The notes below the pieces were generated by a model, which worked only from the letters and a program-made list of their open reading frames with translations, ran no database searches and was not told the origin of the DNA. A program made the position numbers and the translations under genes. From positions 1 through 64,000 of IMG/VR virus record IMGVR_UViG_2775506835_000006: a stretch of DNA of 64,000 nt; one strand, 5' to 3'. Origin of the DNA: a virus (lineage: Duplodnaviria > Caudoviricetes). Below are positions 8,714-18,899 of this stretch, in pieces (the stretch's first letter is position 1; the number at the start of each line of letters is the position of its first letter).

Positions 8714-9004
8714 ATGAACCGATTGGAAATACTCGATGCAGCCCAAAAGCGCGTTTGCGAGCGTCAAAATGACCACGGAAAGCCAGAGGACAATTTTAGT
8801 CTAATTGCTAATTATTGGGAGATTTATATTAAATATCACTGTGTATCTCCTGATGGTTGTGTTTGTATTAGACCTAAAGACGTCGCAATGCTAATGGCAT
8901 TACTTAAAATTGCCAGAGTTTGCACGGGTAAAAAACCAGAGGATAGCTACATTGATTTGGCTGGGTATGCGGCGTGCGGCGGTGAAATCGGTACGGGTGG
9001 ATAG
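8714..9004 (+). CDS. DUF6378-like phage protein
   Basis: R..DHGKPEDNF..IA..W..DVA..M..LKIAR..DS..DLAGYAA. Confidence 0.8.
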   Translation: MNRLEILDAAQKRVCERQNDHGKPEDNFSLIANYWEIYIKYHCVSPDGCVCIRPKDVAMLMALLKIARVCTGKKPEDSYIDLAGYAACGGEIGTGG

Positions 9005-9030
9005 TTCATAGAATAAGAAAGGAGATCACA

Positions 9031-9273
9031 ATGAATATTGAAGATTTTGGGCCGCGGCTTCGGTGGCTTCGGCGGCTTCGCGAGGCGCGCGGGATGTCTG
9101 TGAACCAGTTCGCGGAGAAGGCGGGAGTAAACAGGACGACAATTCTGTATCTCGAAGGGGGAAGAAGCCGGTATCCGAGAGTGGATACCATGATCATGCT
9201 GGCCGATCTTTTTGGAATTGCGCTGGACGAGCTGGTGGGGAGGAATATCAATTGTACAACCCCAAATACATAA
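9031..9273 (+). CDS. XRE-family HTH protein
   Basis: LRRLREARGMS..FAEKAGV..LEGG..P. Confidence 0.85.
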   Translation: MNIEDFGPRLRWLRRLREARGMSVNQFAEKAGVNRTTILYLEGGRSRYPRVDTMIMLADLFGIALDELVGRNINCTTPNT

Positions 9274-9659
9274 CACTCCCGAAGGATGTATATTGTATTT
9301 GCGTCGCTGTAGCGCACTCCTATTACGCTCTGCTGCGGCGACGAAAAGAAATAGAAGAAGAAATAATCCTATCTGGTCATCCTACTGATGGACAGCCACA
9401 CGGGGGTGGTACAAGCAATGAGACAGCGGATAAAGCGGAACAGATCATTCTAAGAAAGAGCGAAAATGAAAGAGAAATAAAAGCGATAGAGCAGGCGCTG
9501 TCGGGATGTCGCGATGATTATGAGCGGAAATTTATCAGGCTTAATTTTTTTGAAGGGGTGTGGATCCGTGATATAAATCTGTCCTTATCGGAAAGTACGA
9601 TGAAGCGCTACAGGAAACAATTCCTTATTCGATTGGCGATAAACCTACATAAAATCTAA
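9252..9659 (+). CDS. RinA/ArpU-like late transcriptional activator
   Basis: TDGQPHG..TADKA..AIEQAL plus C-terminal HTH; last early gene before packaging module. Confidence 0.7.
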   Translation: MYNPKYITLPKDVYCICVAVAHSYYALLRRRKEIEEEIILSGHPTDGQPHGGGTSNETADKAEQIILRKSENEREIKAIEQALSGCRDDYERKFIRLNFFEGVWIRDINLSLSESTMKRYRKQFLIRLAINLHKI

Positions 9660-9756
9660 AAGATGACACCTACGGAAAAAATCAAGGGGGTATAATGATA
9701 TCGTGAGGAATTGATTACAAGGATACGTCTTTTTCATATTTTCTTTCCCTTCTTTC

Positions 9757-9787
9757 AAAAGCGCCTCTTATCCAAGGGGCGCTTTTT
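9757..9787 (+). terminator. Intrinsic terminator in late leader
   Basis: AAAAGCGCCTCTT-ATCC-AAGGGGCGCTTTTT. Confidence 0.75.
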
Positions 9788-9814
9788 GCTGCCCATTTTT
9801 TGGAGGTGACACGC

Positions 9815-10021
9815 ATGTGTGAGCAAACCATTGCAGAATATGAGGCCGAAATCGCAGCCATTGACGCAAAGCTCGCTCAGCTCAGGACCAGCAACAACTG
9901 GATGGAGAACGCCCGATACAATCAGCTTTCTTGTATGCGGGGGGACCTTTGCTTACAGCTCCACGCTGCATGTATTTCAGAGAACAGAGGTCGGCCGCTG
10001 GATGAAGCCAGCCGCAATTAA
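9815..10021 (+). CDS. Small coiled-coil hypothetical protein, first late gene
   Basis: GGAGG RBS; close homolog at 59286-59492. Confidence 0.75.
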   Translation: MCEQTIAEYEAEIAAIDAKLAQLRTSNNWMENARYNQLSCMRGDLCLQLHAACISENRGRPLDEASRN

Positions 10022-10040
10022 GGATAGCCCATGAGAAAAA

Positions 10041-10087
10041 AGGTACTGTGACAGCCCCGCCCGGGGCGTTGCGGGCTCGACGACCCC
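10041..10087 (+). other. Candidate cos (packaging) site
   Basis: AGGTACT (cf. lambda cosQ GGGTCCT) followed by a GC-rich dyad just upstream of terS in a GpA-type phage. Confidence 0.35.
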
Positions 10088-10170
10088 AAATTTCAATCAG
10101 TTAGGAAAAGTAATTTTGGGGCATTTCGTTACGTTTGTTCCAAATAAGACGAATATAAGGAGATGGATGC

Positions 10171-10740
10171 ATGGCTGGACGTGAAAATGAGAAGACGGTG
10201 ACGAACGAAACAGAGGTCAGCACCACGGAACTGGCTATGGTGCTGGGTGTGACGGCACGCCGGGTGCAGCAGATGGCACAGGACGGGACCACTCCACCAG
10301 CAAAGCGAGGCTGTTTCCTTCTCTGTGATTCCGTCCAGCGATATATCAGTTTCCTTTCCAGCCGAGAGCGGGAGGCGTCGTCCCAGGACAAGGAGAAGCA
10401 GGATGCTGAGGTCAGTATCAAGAAGGCCAAGGCCACCATCGCCGTACTGGAGGCGAAAGAACTGCAGGGAAAGATGCACCGCAATGAGGACGTAGCCGCC
10501 ATGACAGAGGACTTGATCTATACCATCCGGGGGATGCTGGTGGCCCTACCCGGTCGACTGGCCGTGGACACCTCCGCCACCGAGACCCCCGCCGAGGCTG
10601 CTGAGATCATCCGTAAGGAGATTTTCAAGGTTATGGAGGAACTGTCGCGGTACCGATACGACCCACAAAAGTACGAGGAGCGCGTCCGGGAGCGGCGAAG
10701 CTGGGATGCCATAAACGAACGTGACGACGATGACGACTGA
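10171..10740 (+). CDS. terS: Terminase small subunit (Nu1-like)
   Basis: N-terminal wHTH ELAMVLGVTARRVQQM; precedes GpA terminase. Confidence 0.85.
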   Translation: MAGRENEKTVTNETEVSTTELAMVLGVTARRVQQMAQDGTTPPAKRGCFLLCDSVQRYISFLSSREREASSQDKEKQDAEVSIKKAKATIAVLEAKELQGKMHRNEDVAAMTEDLIYTIRGMLVALPGRLAVDTSATETPAEAAEIIRKEIFKVMEELSRYRYDPQKYEERVRERRSWDAINERDDDDD

Positions 10741-12658
10741 GCATGACGCTGTCCGGCTGAACACCGCCATTACCAAGGCGCTGGTTGGCATGAAGCCGCC
10801 AGAGGATCTGACTGTGACGGAATGGGCGGAGGAAAAGCGCCGCTTGTCTTCCGAGAGCAGCGCCGAGCCGGGACCATGGCGCACCAGTCGTACGCCCTAT
10901 CTGCGCGAACCAATGAATGCCTTCACCGATCCCAGAGTACGGCGCATCGTCATGGTGGCCGCATCCCAGGTTGGAAAGTCCGAATTTCTGAACAATGCTA
11001 TCGGCTACATTATCGACGAGGACCCCGGCAGCATCCTCTTTGTCCACCCCACCACCATTGACGCCAAGGAGTATTCCAAGCTCCGCATCGCGCCGATGAT
11101 CCGGGACTGCCCCACGCTGAAAAGGAAGGTCGCCCCGGCCAAGAGCCGGGAAAGCGGTAACACTCTCCTTCAGAAGACCTACCCTGGCGGTATCCTGACC
11201 ATGTGCGGTTCTACCGAGGCCCATGCATTGGCGTCCAAACCAATCCGTTATGTGTTCGGTGACGAACGCGACCGATGGGCGTCGTCGGCCGGTAACGAAG
11301 GCGACCCTTGGGAACTTGCAATGGCCCGCCAAATCACATTTTATAACGCGAAAGCAGTGGAGGTTTCTACCCCTACAGTAAAGAACGTCAGCGCTATCGA
11401 GGCTTCGTACTACGAGGGGACTATGGAACGCTGGAAGTCAAAGTGTCCCCATTGCGGCGAATACCACGAAATCAAGTGGGAAAGTATCCGCTATGAGCAC
11501 GAGATGGTGGAGGTCAACGGCAAGAAAACCTATACCATAACTCAAATCTGGTATATTTGTCCCGACTGCGGCTGCGTGTCCGACGAGCTGACCATGAAAC
11601 GCCAGCCCGCCCGGTGGGTGGCGGAAAATCCGACCGCATATGACCATGGGGTGCGCTCCTTTTGGCTCAATGCCTTCGTATCGCAGTGGGCCTCTTGGGA
11701 GTCCATTATCCTAAAGTATTTGAACGCCATCGGCGACACCCGGAAGCTACAGGTCGTCTACAACACCTGCTTCGGCGAACTGTGGGAGGACCGCGGCGAC
11801 CTGGAGGACGAGGACAGCCTGATGGCTCGCCGGGAGGAATATACCGCCGAGCTGCCCGACGGTGTGCTCGTGCTGACGGCGGGCGTTGACACCCAGGATA
11901 ACCGAATGGAGTATGAAATTCTCGGCCATGGCCACTTCGGGGAGACCTGGGGCATAGAGAAAGGTATCGTCATGGGACGACCTGACGACGACGCGACCTG
12001 GACCAAGTTGGACGAGATGGTATTCAACCGGGTGTTCCGGTTTGCGGACGGCGTGGGCTTGCACGTGTCCATGTCCTTCGTCGATGAAGGCGGACACTTC
12101 ACGCAGGATGTGCGCTTGCAATGCAGGTCGCGCATTGGCAAAAAAGTTTTTTGCATCAAGGGCATGTCCGGGCCGGACCGCCCGTTTACCGCCCCGCCGA
12201 AGAAACAGAAAATTGTGGTTCGGCAGCGCGCCATCGGCACTTGCTGGCAATATCAACTGGGCGTCGACGCGGGCAAGCAAATCATCATGGACAACCTGGG
12301 TGTCCAGACGAAGGGGCCGAAATACTGCCATTTCCCCAGGCGTGACGACTACGGACCGGCCTACTTTACCGGACTTCTGTCCGAACACCTGGTCTATAAG
12401 GCGGACAGGCGGCAGCCCTGGGTATGGGAGAAAATACCCGGCCACGAGCGCAACGAGGCGCTGGATTGCCGCAACTACGCCCTCGCGGCGTTCAAGGCCC
12501 TTCCCGCCGACCTTGACGAGGTGGGCAGGAGATTAAAAGCGGCCAGAGGAGAACGGCCTACAGAGGGCGTTGCAACTCCCGTGGCGGCCAAGTCCGCGCG
12601 CCCGTCCAAGCGACAGAAGGCCGGGGACGTGCTACGAAAGTATTATGACGATTGGTAA
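10721..12658 (+). CDS. terL: Terminase large subunit, lambda GpA family
   Basis: RTPYLRE, ASQVGKS, DERDR, STPT, AGVDTQ, RNEALDC. Confidence 0.95.
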   Translation: MTTMTTEHDAVRLNTAITKALVGMKPPEDLTVTEWAEEKRRLSSESSAEPGPWRTSRTPYLREPMNAFTDPRVRRIVMVAASQVGKSEFLNNAIGYIIDEDPGSILFVHPTTIDAKEYSKLRIAPMIRDCPTLKRKVAPAKSRESGNTLLQKTYPGGILTMCGSTEAHALASKPIRYVFGDERDRWASSAGNEGDPWELAMARQITFYNAKAVEVSTPTVKNVSAIEASYYEGTMERWKSKCPHCGEYHEIKWESIRYEHEMVEVNGKKTYTITQIWYICPDCGCVSDELTMKRQPARWVAENPTAYDHGVRSFWLNAFVSQWASWESIILKYLNAIGDTRKLQVVYNTCFGELWEDRGDLEDEDSLMARREEYTAELPDGVLVLTAGVDTQDNRMEYEILGHGHFGETWGIEKGIVMGRPDDDATWTKLDEMVFNRVFRFADGVGLHVSMSFVDEGGHFTQDVRLQCRSRIGKKVFCIKGMSGPDRPFTAPPKKQKIVVRQRAIGTCWQYQLGVDAGKQIIMDNLGVQTKGPKYCHFPRRDDYGPAYFTGLLSEHLVYKADRRQPWVWEKIPGHERNEALDCRNYALAAFKALPADLDEVGRRLKAARGERPTEGVATPVAAKSARPSKRQKAGDVLRKYYDDW

Positions 12659-12667
12659 GGTGAGAGC

Positions 12668-12925
12668 ATGACGGACAAAACCGAGCTGCGGGCGAGGCTG
12701 GAGTTCTGGAAAAAAGCCCTGGAGAAGCTGCGCACTGCGTATTTGGCTCTGGTCGACGGCGGCGTAAAAAGCTATACAATCGACGACCGGCAGCTCACGC
12801 GCTTTGACATCCCCGCCCTACAGAAGGAAATCGCGGAGTCAGAGCGGAAGGTTGACGAGTTGACGGCCCTGTTGTCCGGGCGAAAGCCGCGGCGGGCAGT
12901 CGGCGTTATCCCCCGCGATTGGTAA
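12668..12925 (+). CDS. gpW-like head-tail joining protein
   Basis: SYTIDDRQLTR motif; lies between terL and portal. Confidence 0.75.
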   Translation: MTDKTELRARLEFWKKALEKLRTAYLALVDGGVKSYTIDDRQLTRFDIPALQKEIAESERKVDELTALLSGRKPRRAVGVIPRDW

Positions 12926-13033
12926 ATCTGGGTACAGGCTCGAAAGAGTTGTTTTTACCGTGGGCAAGCCCGGCAGAGTTTGTGGCTCCTTTCGCCACCG
13001 GGCGGCCCGTTTTTTTATGACTACTGACAGGAG

Positions 13034-14662
13034 GTGGCCGACATATACCACGACAAAAAATCCGGGCTCTATCTTCCGGATGACGCACGGCCCCAGGCCA
13101 AAGGATACAGCGAGGCCGGCGCAAGCCTGACAAGGCGGGCCATGAAAGGCTTCACGCCGCGCAGTGGATCTCCCAATGAGGACATATCGTGCAACAACAT
13201 GACCTTGCGGCAGCGTGGCCGGATGCTCTACATGTCTTCCCCGGTGGCCACCAGCGCTATCAATACCAACCGCACGAAAGTCGTCGGTGTCGGCCTCGCC
13301 CTCAAAAGCTCAATCAACCGGGATGTACTGGGCCTTTCGCCGGAGTCGGCCAAGAGTTGGCAGCGGAGAACGGAAGCAGAGTTCAGCCTCTGGGCCAGCA
13401 GAAAAGCGAATTGCGACGCCACCGGCATGAACAATTTTGAAGGGATGCAACAACTGGCGCTGGTGTCCTGGCTGATGAGCGGAGATGTGTTCCCAGTGTT
13501 CAAGCGGTATAAGCCGACTCCCGCCAATCCCTACTCTCTGCGGATCCATCTGGTCGAGGCCGACCGAGTAAGCACTCCGGACGACTATGGCGGAGGGACC
13601 ATGTACCCGAGCGTGACCGACGGGAAAAACACTACTACTGGGAACAAGATTTACGACGGAGTGGAAGTGGACGACGAGGGCATGGTGGTCGCATACCATA
13701 TCCGCAACACCTACCCCTGGCAAATTACCGGAGAGCAGACCACGTGGACGCGAGTTGAGGCCTACGGCAAGAGCACAGGCCTACCCAATATTTTACACGT
13801 TATGAACAGCGAGCGGTGCGACCAGTACCGGGGTGTGACCTATCTTGCCCAGGTCATCGAGCCACTTCTGCAACTGCGCCGATATACCGAAAGCGAGCTG
13901 ATGGCCGCCCTGGTCCAGAGCTTCTTCACGGCGTGGATCGTCACCAAGACAGATGCGGAGGACATGCCGCTCAACGAGGTCGGCGGGGGCGATATTGCTG
14001 GCGTCCCTGGAGCCAATCCCGATGCGGAGAATGTCTCCGAGAGCCGCAACGAATATGAAATGGGACCTGGCACTGTAGCCCATCTGGAGGAGGGTGAGGA
14101 CGTCAAGTTTGGAAGCCCGAATATCCCGACCACTGGATTTGATACCTTTGTCAAGACTTTCTGCAAACTGATTGGCGCCGGCCTGGGCATCCCATACGAC
14201 GTACTGATCAAAGAGTACAACTCCTCTTATTCATCCGCCCGGGGCGCGCTGATGGACGCCTGGGAGGACTTTAAGATGCGCCGTTCCTGGTTTGTGGCCG
14301 ACTTCTGCCAGCCGGTCTACGAGGTCTGGCTGGCGGAGGCGGTTGCGCGCGGCCGCATCAAGGCCCCTGGTTTTTTTGAGGATCCACTGGTATGCGCCGC
14401 GTGGTGCGCCGCGCGGTGGATCGGACCAGTGCAGGGGTCTCTCGACCCGCTCAAGGAGGTCAAGGCCGCCGTGTTGCAGGTGCAGAAGGGATTTAAAACC
14501 CATGAGCAGGTTGCTCGGGAGACGGGCGGCGGTGACTGGGACGAAAATGTGGAGCAGTTGGCGGCGGAAAATGCGAAGCTGGCCGCAGCCGGTGATGGGT
14601 TGGCTTCCGTGACAGTTGACTTTAACGAAAAGGAAGATAACGAAGGAGGAAAAACCGAATGA
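13034..14662 (+). CDS. Portal protein, lambda family
   Basis: QYRGV, YSSARG, LDPLKE motifs. Confidence 0.93.
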   Translation: MADIYHDKKSGLYLPDDARPQAKGYSEAGASLTRRAMKGFTPRSGSPNEDISCNNMTLRQRGRMLYMSSPVATSAINTNRTKVVGVGLALKSSINRDVLGLSPESAKSWQRRTEAEFSLWASRKANCDATGMNNFEGMQQLALVSWLMSGDVFPVFKRYKPTPANPYSLRIHLVEADRVSTPDDYGGGTMYPSVTDGKNTTTGNKIYDGVEVDDEGMVVAYHIRNTYPWQITGEQTTWTRVEAYGKSTGLPNILHVMNSERCDQYRGVTYLAQVIEPLLQLRRYTESELMAALVQSFFTAWIVTKTDAEDMPLNEVGGGDIAGVPGANPDAENVSESRNEYEMGPGTVAHLEEGEDVKFGSPNIPTTGFDTFVKTFCKLIGAGLGIPYDVLIKEYNSSYSSARGALMDAWEDFKMRRSWFVADFCQPVYEVWLAEAVARGRIKAPGFFEDPLVCAAWCAARWIGPVQGSLDPLKEVKAAVLQVQKGFKTHEQVARETGGGDWDENVEQLAAENAKLAAAGDGLASVTVDFNEKEDNEGGKTE

Positions 14663-15987
14663 ACTTTTGGAGCAGGCTGAAAGCTGGTGCGCGAGGCGCG
14701 GCCACTCCGGCGGCCGGGGAAAGCATTACACAGCCCTATACTATGGAGCGGACCGGCGAGGATTCCGCCGAAATCGTGCTGTATGGCGATATTGTCAGCG
14801 AGCGACCCATCGACTGGCGGACGGGAAAGCCATCAGAGGAGGCGTACATCGTCCTCAGCGAGTTCCTGGAGGATTTGAAACAGGTAGAAGATGTGGCACG
14901 CTTGACGGTTCGTATCCACAGCGTGGGCGGCAACGCCTACGATTCTCTGGCCATCCATAATCGCCTGAAAAGCTTGAACGCCGATATCACGGTCATCGTG
15001 GACGGCGTGGCTATGTCCGGCGGCTCACTCATTATGTGCGCGGGTGGGAAGGTTCAGGTCTATCCCAGCAGCTTGATTATGATTCATCGGTGCTGGGCTT
15101 TCATCTGGGGCGGCTACAACGCTGCAGAGTTGAGAAAGATGGCCGACGGATATGACGCGGCCGACCGCTCTCAGGCCGCCATTTACCACATCAAGACCGG
15201 AATCGACACCCAAGAGCTGCTGGATATGATGGAGGCAGAAACTTACATGACTGGCCAGGAAGCCATCAGCAAGGGCTTTGCTGACGAATTGGTAGAGGGT
15301 AGCGATGGACTGGAAGTCGCCGCCAGCGCCGACCGACGCACACTTCTTGTAGGCGGCCGCCCGGTCTGGGCCTCCACGAGCAAGAGCGGCATCCCAGCCG
15401 CCATCCCTACGGTCAATCCCGGGAACTTGGTCCCGATTGAGATAAATAGACATCAGCCGGCACAGACCGGCGGACAGAATGGAGGAAACACCATGGCAAA
15501 CACCCTTGACGAGCTGAAGACGGAGAACCCGACCCTCGCAGAACAGCTGATGGCCGAAGCCAGAGCCGCCGTGTCTGCGTCCGGCGCAGCTGCTCCCAAC
15601 GCTTCGTCCCCTGCGGCTACCCCGCCTACCGATCCTGCGAGCAATCCCCAAACTGACCCCGTGGCCGCCGAGCGCCAGCGCATTCAGGACATTGACGTAC
15701 TGGCGGGTATCTTCGACACGGAGACCATCAATGCGGCCAAGTATGGCGACACCGCCTGTACCGCTCAGGAGATGGTTTACCGTGCGGCGCAAAAGGCATC
15801 TCAGCAGGGGCGGAAGTTCCTGGCCGCACTGGAGGGAGACACCGCAGCTTCCGGCGCGCAGCAGGTAGGCGCGGCAGCCGGCGATGGCGGCGAGGGAGAC
15901 GACGACACCCTGACCCCCGCGCAACTGATGGCCAAGGGCCGCGCCGACGCCAAAGCCCTGACCAATCCCGAAAAGGAGGAGAAATGA
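14659..15987 (+). CDS. ClpP-like head maturation protease/scaffold
   Basis: RIHSVGG, DGVAMSGGS, MIH, ETYMTGQEA..GFAD; C-terminal AERQRI scaffold region. Confidence 0.92.
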   Translation: MNFWSRLKAGARGAATPAAGESITQPYTMERTGEDSAEIVLYGDIVSERPIDWRTGKPSEEAYIVLSEFLEDLKQVEDVARLTVRIHSVGGNAYDSLAIHNRLKSLNADITVIVDGVAMSGGSLIMCAGGKVQVYPSSLIMIHRCWAFIWGGYNAAELRKMADGYDAADRSQAAIYHIKTGIDTQELLDMMEAETYMTGQEAISKGFADELVEGSDGLEVAASADRRTLLVGGRPVWASTSKSGIPAAIPTVNPGNLVPIEINRHQPAQTGGQNGGNTMANTLDELKTENPTLAEQLMAEARAAVSASGAAAPNASSPAATPPTDPASNPQTDPVAAERQRIQDIDVLAGIFDTETINAAKYGDTACTAQEMVYRAAQKASQQGRKFLAALEGDTAASGAQQVGAAAGDGGEGDDDTLTPAQLMAKGRADAKALTNPEKEEK

Positions 15988-15988
15988 C

Positions 15989-16381
15989 ATGGCGAATCAT
16001 CTCAATAACAAAGTGGACGAAATGTCCTACGACAATCTGATTGCCGGGATGATGCCGCCCGTCAAGGTAGCATCCGGCACCATCTCCAAGCTCTCCACCG
16101 CGGCTAGCTACGCCCGTGGCACTGTCCTGGCCAAGTCCTCCAGCGACGGAAAGCTCTACATCCTTGGCGGCGCGGCGGCTGGAGGCGACACCCTGACCCC
16201 CGACTGCATCCTCTGCGACCCGGAGGATGTCGGGACCACCGAGGACGTTGCGGCTGCCGTCTACGTGGCGGGCTGCTTCAACGTCAACGCACTCGTTACG
16301 ACGGAGGGCTACACTATTACCGAGGCGGACAAAGACAAGCTGCGCGAGCGTGGCCTGTACCTGGTTCAGCTTTGGGACTAA
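15989..16381 (+). CDS. Head decoration protein
   Basis: RGTVL..CIL..G.FN..LRERG; position before MCP. Confidence 0.8.
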   Translation: MANHLNNKVDEMSYDNLIAGMMPPVKVASGTISKLSTAASYARGTVLAKSSSDGKLYILGGAAAGGDTLTPDCILCDPEDVGTTEDVAAAVYVAGCFNVNALVTTEGYTITEADKDKLRERGLYLVQLWD

Positions 16382-16399
16382 CCGAAGGAGGATACGACT

Positions 16400-17473
16400 A
16401 TGCCTATCAGCGTTTTCAATACCTACTACATGGCGGGCATGATTGAAGAAATCGTGCTGCCGCAGAGCTTTTTCCGCGACCGCTATTTCCCCACCAACGC
16501 CGGGACGGATATCTTCGCCGCCGATAAAGTCCTGGTGGAGTACCGCGACGGCGACCGGAAGATGGCCCCCTTTGTGGTCCGCCGCGCCGGCGATATTCCC
16601 ATCGGTCGTTCCGGCTACGAGATCCACGAGTTCGAGCCGCCCTACATTGCCCCCTCCCGCCTGCTGACCATGGACGACCTGCGAAAGCGAGGCTTCGGGG
16701 AGGCACTTTTCTCCAACAGTACCCCCGCCGAGCGTACTCGCGCCCTGCAGATGCAGGACCTGACCGACCTCTCCCGGCGCATTCAGCGCCGCGAGGAGTG
16801 GATGGCCGCACAGACCATGATCAACAACGGCTGCACCGCCATCGCCTACATCGACAACGACACCGTGGGAGAGCCCTGGGACGTGTTCTACTACGACGTC
16901 AACGGCAGCAACCCCGCCATCTACACCGTGTCCAGCAAATGGGACGCCGCCGGAGGCGACTTCAAGGCGGACGTGGAGGCGATGACTGGCGACCTGCTGG
17001 ACCGCGGTTTGCCTGCCACCGACCTGGTTGTGGGAACCGCCGTCGGCCAGTTCATTCAGAGCGATGAAAAGCTGGCGAAGCTGCTGGACAACCGGCGCAT
17101 GGAGTATGGCCAGCTCGCGCCCAGGCTCACCAGCTACCCCGGCATTGCGTGGCTGGGCCGCCTGAATTTTGGCGGCGTCGACCTGGACATCTACGTGGTG
17201 CGCGAGACCGTGGTGGACGAGAAGAGCGTGACACAGCGCCTGTTCCCCGCGACTTCCGCCATGGTCACCGCCCCTGACTGCGGCCACATGATGTACGGCC
17301 AGGTCACCCAAATTGAGGATGACGGGGAGTTCCACACCTTCGCCATGCAGCGCGTACCGAAGTTCACCGTGGACAAGGAGCACGACATCCGCAAGCTGCG
17401 CGAGGCCGCCCGCCCCCTGGCCGCTCCCAAGCAGAAGGCACCGTGGATGTATGCGGCCAACGTGGTGGGCTGA
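16400..17473 (+). CDS. Major capsid protein (lambda E family)
   Basis: FFRDRYFP, MAPFV, RREEWMAAQ. Confidence 0.92.
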   Translation: MPISVFNTYYMAGMIEEIVLPQSFFRDRYFPTNAGTDIFAADKVLVEYRDGDRKMAPFVVRRAGDIPIGRSGYEIHEFEPPYIAPSRLLTMDDLRKRGFGEALFSNSTPAERTRALQMQDLTDLSRRIQRREEWMAAQTMINNGCTAIAYIDNDTVGEPWDVFYYDVNGSNPAIYTVSSKWDAAGGDFKADVEAMTGDLLDRGLPATDLVVGTAVGQFIQSDEKLAKLLDNRRMEYGQLAPRLTSYPGIAWLGRLNFGGVDLDIYVVRETVVDEKSVTQRLFPATSAMVTAPDCGHMMYGQVTQIEDDGEFHTFAMQRVPKFTVDKEHDIRKLREAARPLAAPKQKAPWMYAANVVG

Positions 17474-17497
17474 TATCCGCCCGGAGAGGAGTAGCCC

Positions 17498-17962
17498 ATG
17501 AAGGAGATCAAAATCATCAATGGAATCTACGGCTATAGACCGGATGGGTCCAAGATAGTCATCCCGGTTAAGGCCGGCGAGGTTGTCGAGGTATCTGAAG
17601 AAGAGGCTGCTCGGCTCATCAGCCTTGGCGTTGCCGCCTGCGATGACAAGGCGCCGCCTGAATTCCCGGCCATACCTGTTGCAATGCCCGGAGAGAGCGG
17701 GAATGGCGAGCCGGTTGGCGAAAACCCATCTGATGTAAATGACGGTCCAGAAGAGAGGGAAGAGGCTCACTTTAAAGAGCATCTGGAAGAGTGGACCAAT
17801 GCCGAACTGAAAGAGCTGGCAGAAAACATGTGTATCGATACTGCCAAACTCAAGACAAAGGCAGCACTTATCAACGCTATTCGTTCAATTGAATTTGGGC
17901 TTGGCTCCAAAGGCGACCACGAAGGAATGCCTAAGATCGACGTGGAGAAACCCGTGGTATGA
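17498..17962 (+). CDS. Hypothetical protein with Rho-N/HeH-like motif
   Basis: TNAELKELA..KTKAALINAI. Confidence 0.65.
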   Translation: MKEIKIINGIYGYRPDGSKIVIPVKAGEVVEVSEEEAARLISLGVAACDDKAPPEFPAIPVAMPGESGNGEPVGENPSDVNDGPEEREEAHFKEHLEEWTNAELKELAENMCIDTAKLKTKAALINAIRSIEFGLGSKGDHEGMPKIDVEKPVV

Positions 17963-18327
17963 GTAGCTTTAAAGATATGGTTGATATCGACAACTGTAAT
18001 GTATTTATGAACTTAAATGAGTTTGCAGAAAGCCGTACAGTGTTTTATGATGATGTATTTTATGAAGATATTCCGGTTGTGATTACGGGCATTAGCGAAA
18101 AAAGCCGGAGACAATTGGTATCAGATCATGCGCAGGGGTTGTATCTGGTTTCTGCCGTTTTACATTGCGCGGCGGCAGATCTGGGTGGAAATCAACCAGA
18201 AAAGGGACAACGCATCAAAATCAATGACCAGCAAGGTGGCGTAGGATTTTTCCGAGAATTTTATGTCGCGTCCTCGGTCTGCGAGATGGGAATGTTACGC
18301 GTGGAATTGGAGGCGGTGGATGAATGA
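17959..18327 (+). CDS. Head-tail joining/closure protein
   Basis: Size and position after MCP. Confidence 0.6.
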   Translation: MSSFKDMVDIDNCNVFMNLNEFAESRTVFYDDVFYEDIPVVITGISEKSRRQLVSDHAQGLYLVSAVLHCAAADLGGNQPEKGQRIKINDQQGGVGFFREFYVASSVCEMGMLRVELEAVDE

Positions 18328-18899
18328 GTGTTGTACGTGTTGATCAGGTAGGCAGCAATAGTTTGGACCGAGTGAACAAGCTGCTTGCCGGAATCCCTGG
18401 CGGGGTATACAAGGCAACCTATGCCGCCCTAAAGCGCGCCGGTGATACTGCCAAGACTAAGGCGGGTCAGTTTGCTGCCGCCGAGTATACCATTAACAAA
18501 GGGACGTTTGTGCGGAACGTCAACATGAAGTCCCACATTAGTAGTAGCGGGGGAAGCATCGTGGAGATGAAGATTTCATACGCTAGCAGCGTTCTTCCCT
18601 TGTTGACTTTCAACACCAAATTTTCCCGGAATGGCCAGGTGCAAACCCAAGTCAAGCGCAACGGTGGGGCGTCGATGCTGGAACACGCTTTTGTAGCCAG
18701 CATCTACGGACCTATTGCCGTCTATGAGCGCGTGGGTATACCTCGTTTCCCGGTGGAGCAAAAGTTTGGTCCGTCCACTGGCCACATGATGCAAAATGAC
18801 CGAGTCATTGAGAAAATGGACGAGACTATCCGGCAGACCTATGAAGCCCGTGTGGAACATGAGATTCTGCGCGTGCTCAACGGCTGGGGAGGTAGGTAA
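18324..18899 (+). CDS. Minor tail protein Z-like
   Basis: AF..R.P...FGPS..M motif; synteny. Confidence 0.7.
   Translation: MSVVRVDQVGSNSLDRVNKLLAGIPGGVYKATYAALKRAGDTAKTKAGQFAAAEYTINKGTFVRNVNMKSHISSSGGSIVEMKISYASSVLPLLTFNTKFSRNGQVQTQVKRNGGASMLEHAFVASIYGPIAVYERVGIPRFPVEQKFGPSTGHMMQNDRVIEKMDETIRQTYEARVEHEILRVLNGWGGR

Noticed and set aside
15025-17782. Long antisense ORFs (321 and 684 aa) and similar shadows over terL and portal
   Set aside because: Expected shadows of GC-rich codon usage opposite clear structural genes.
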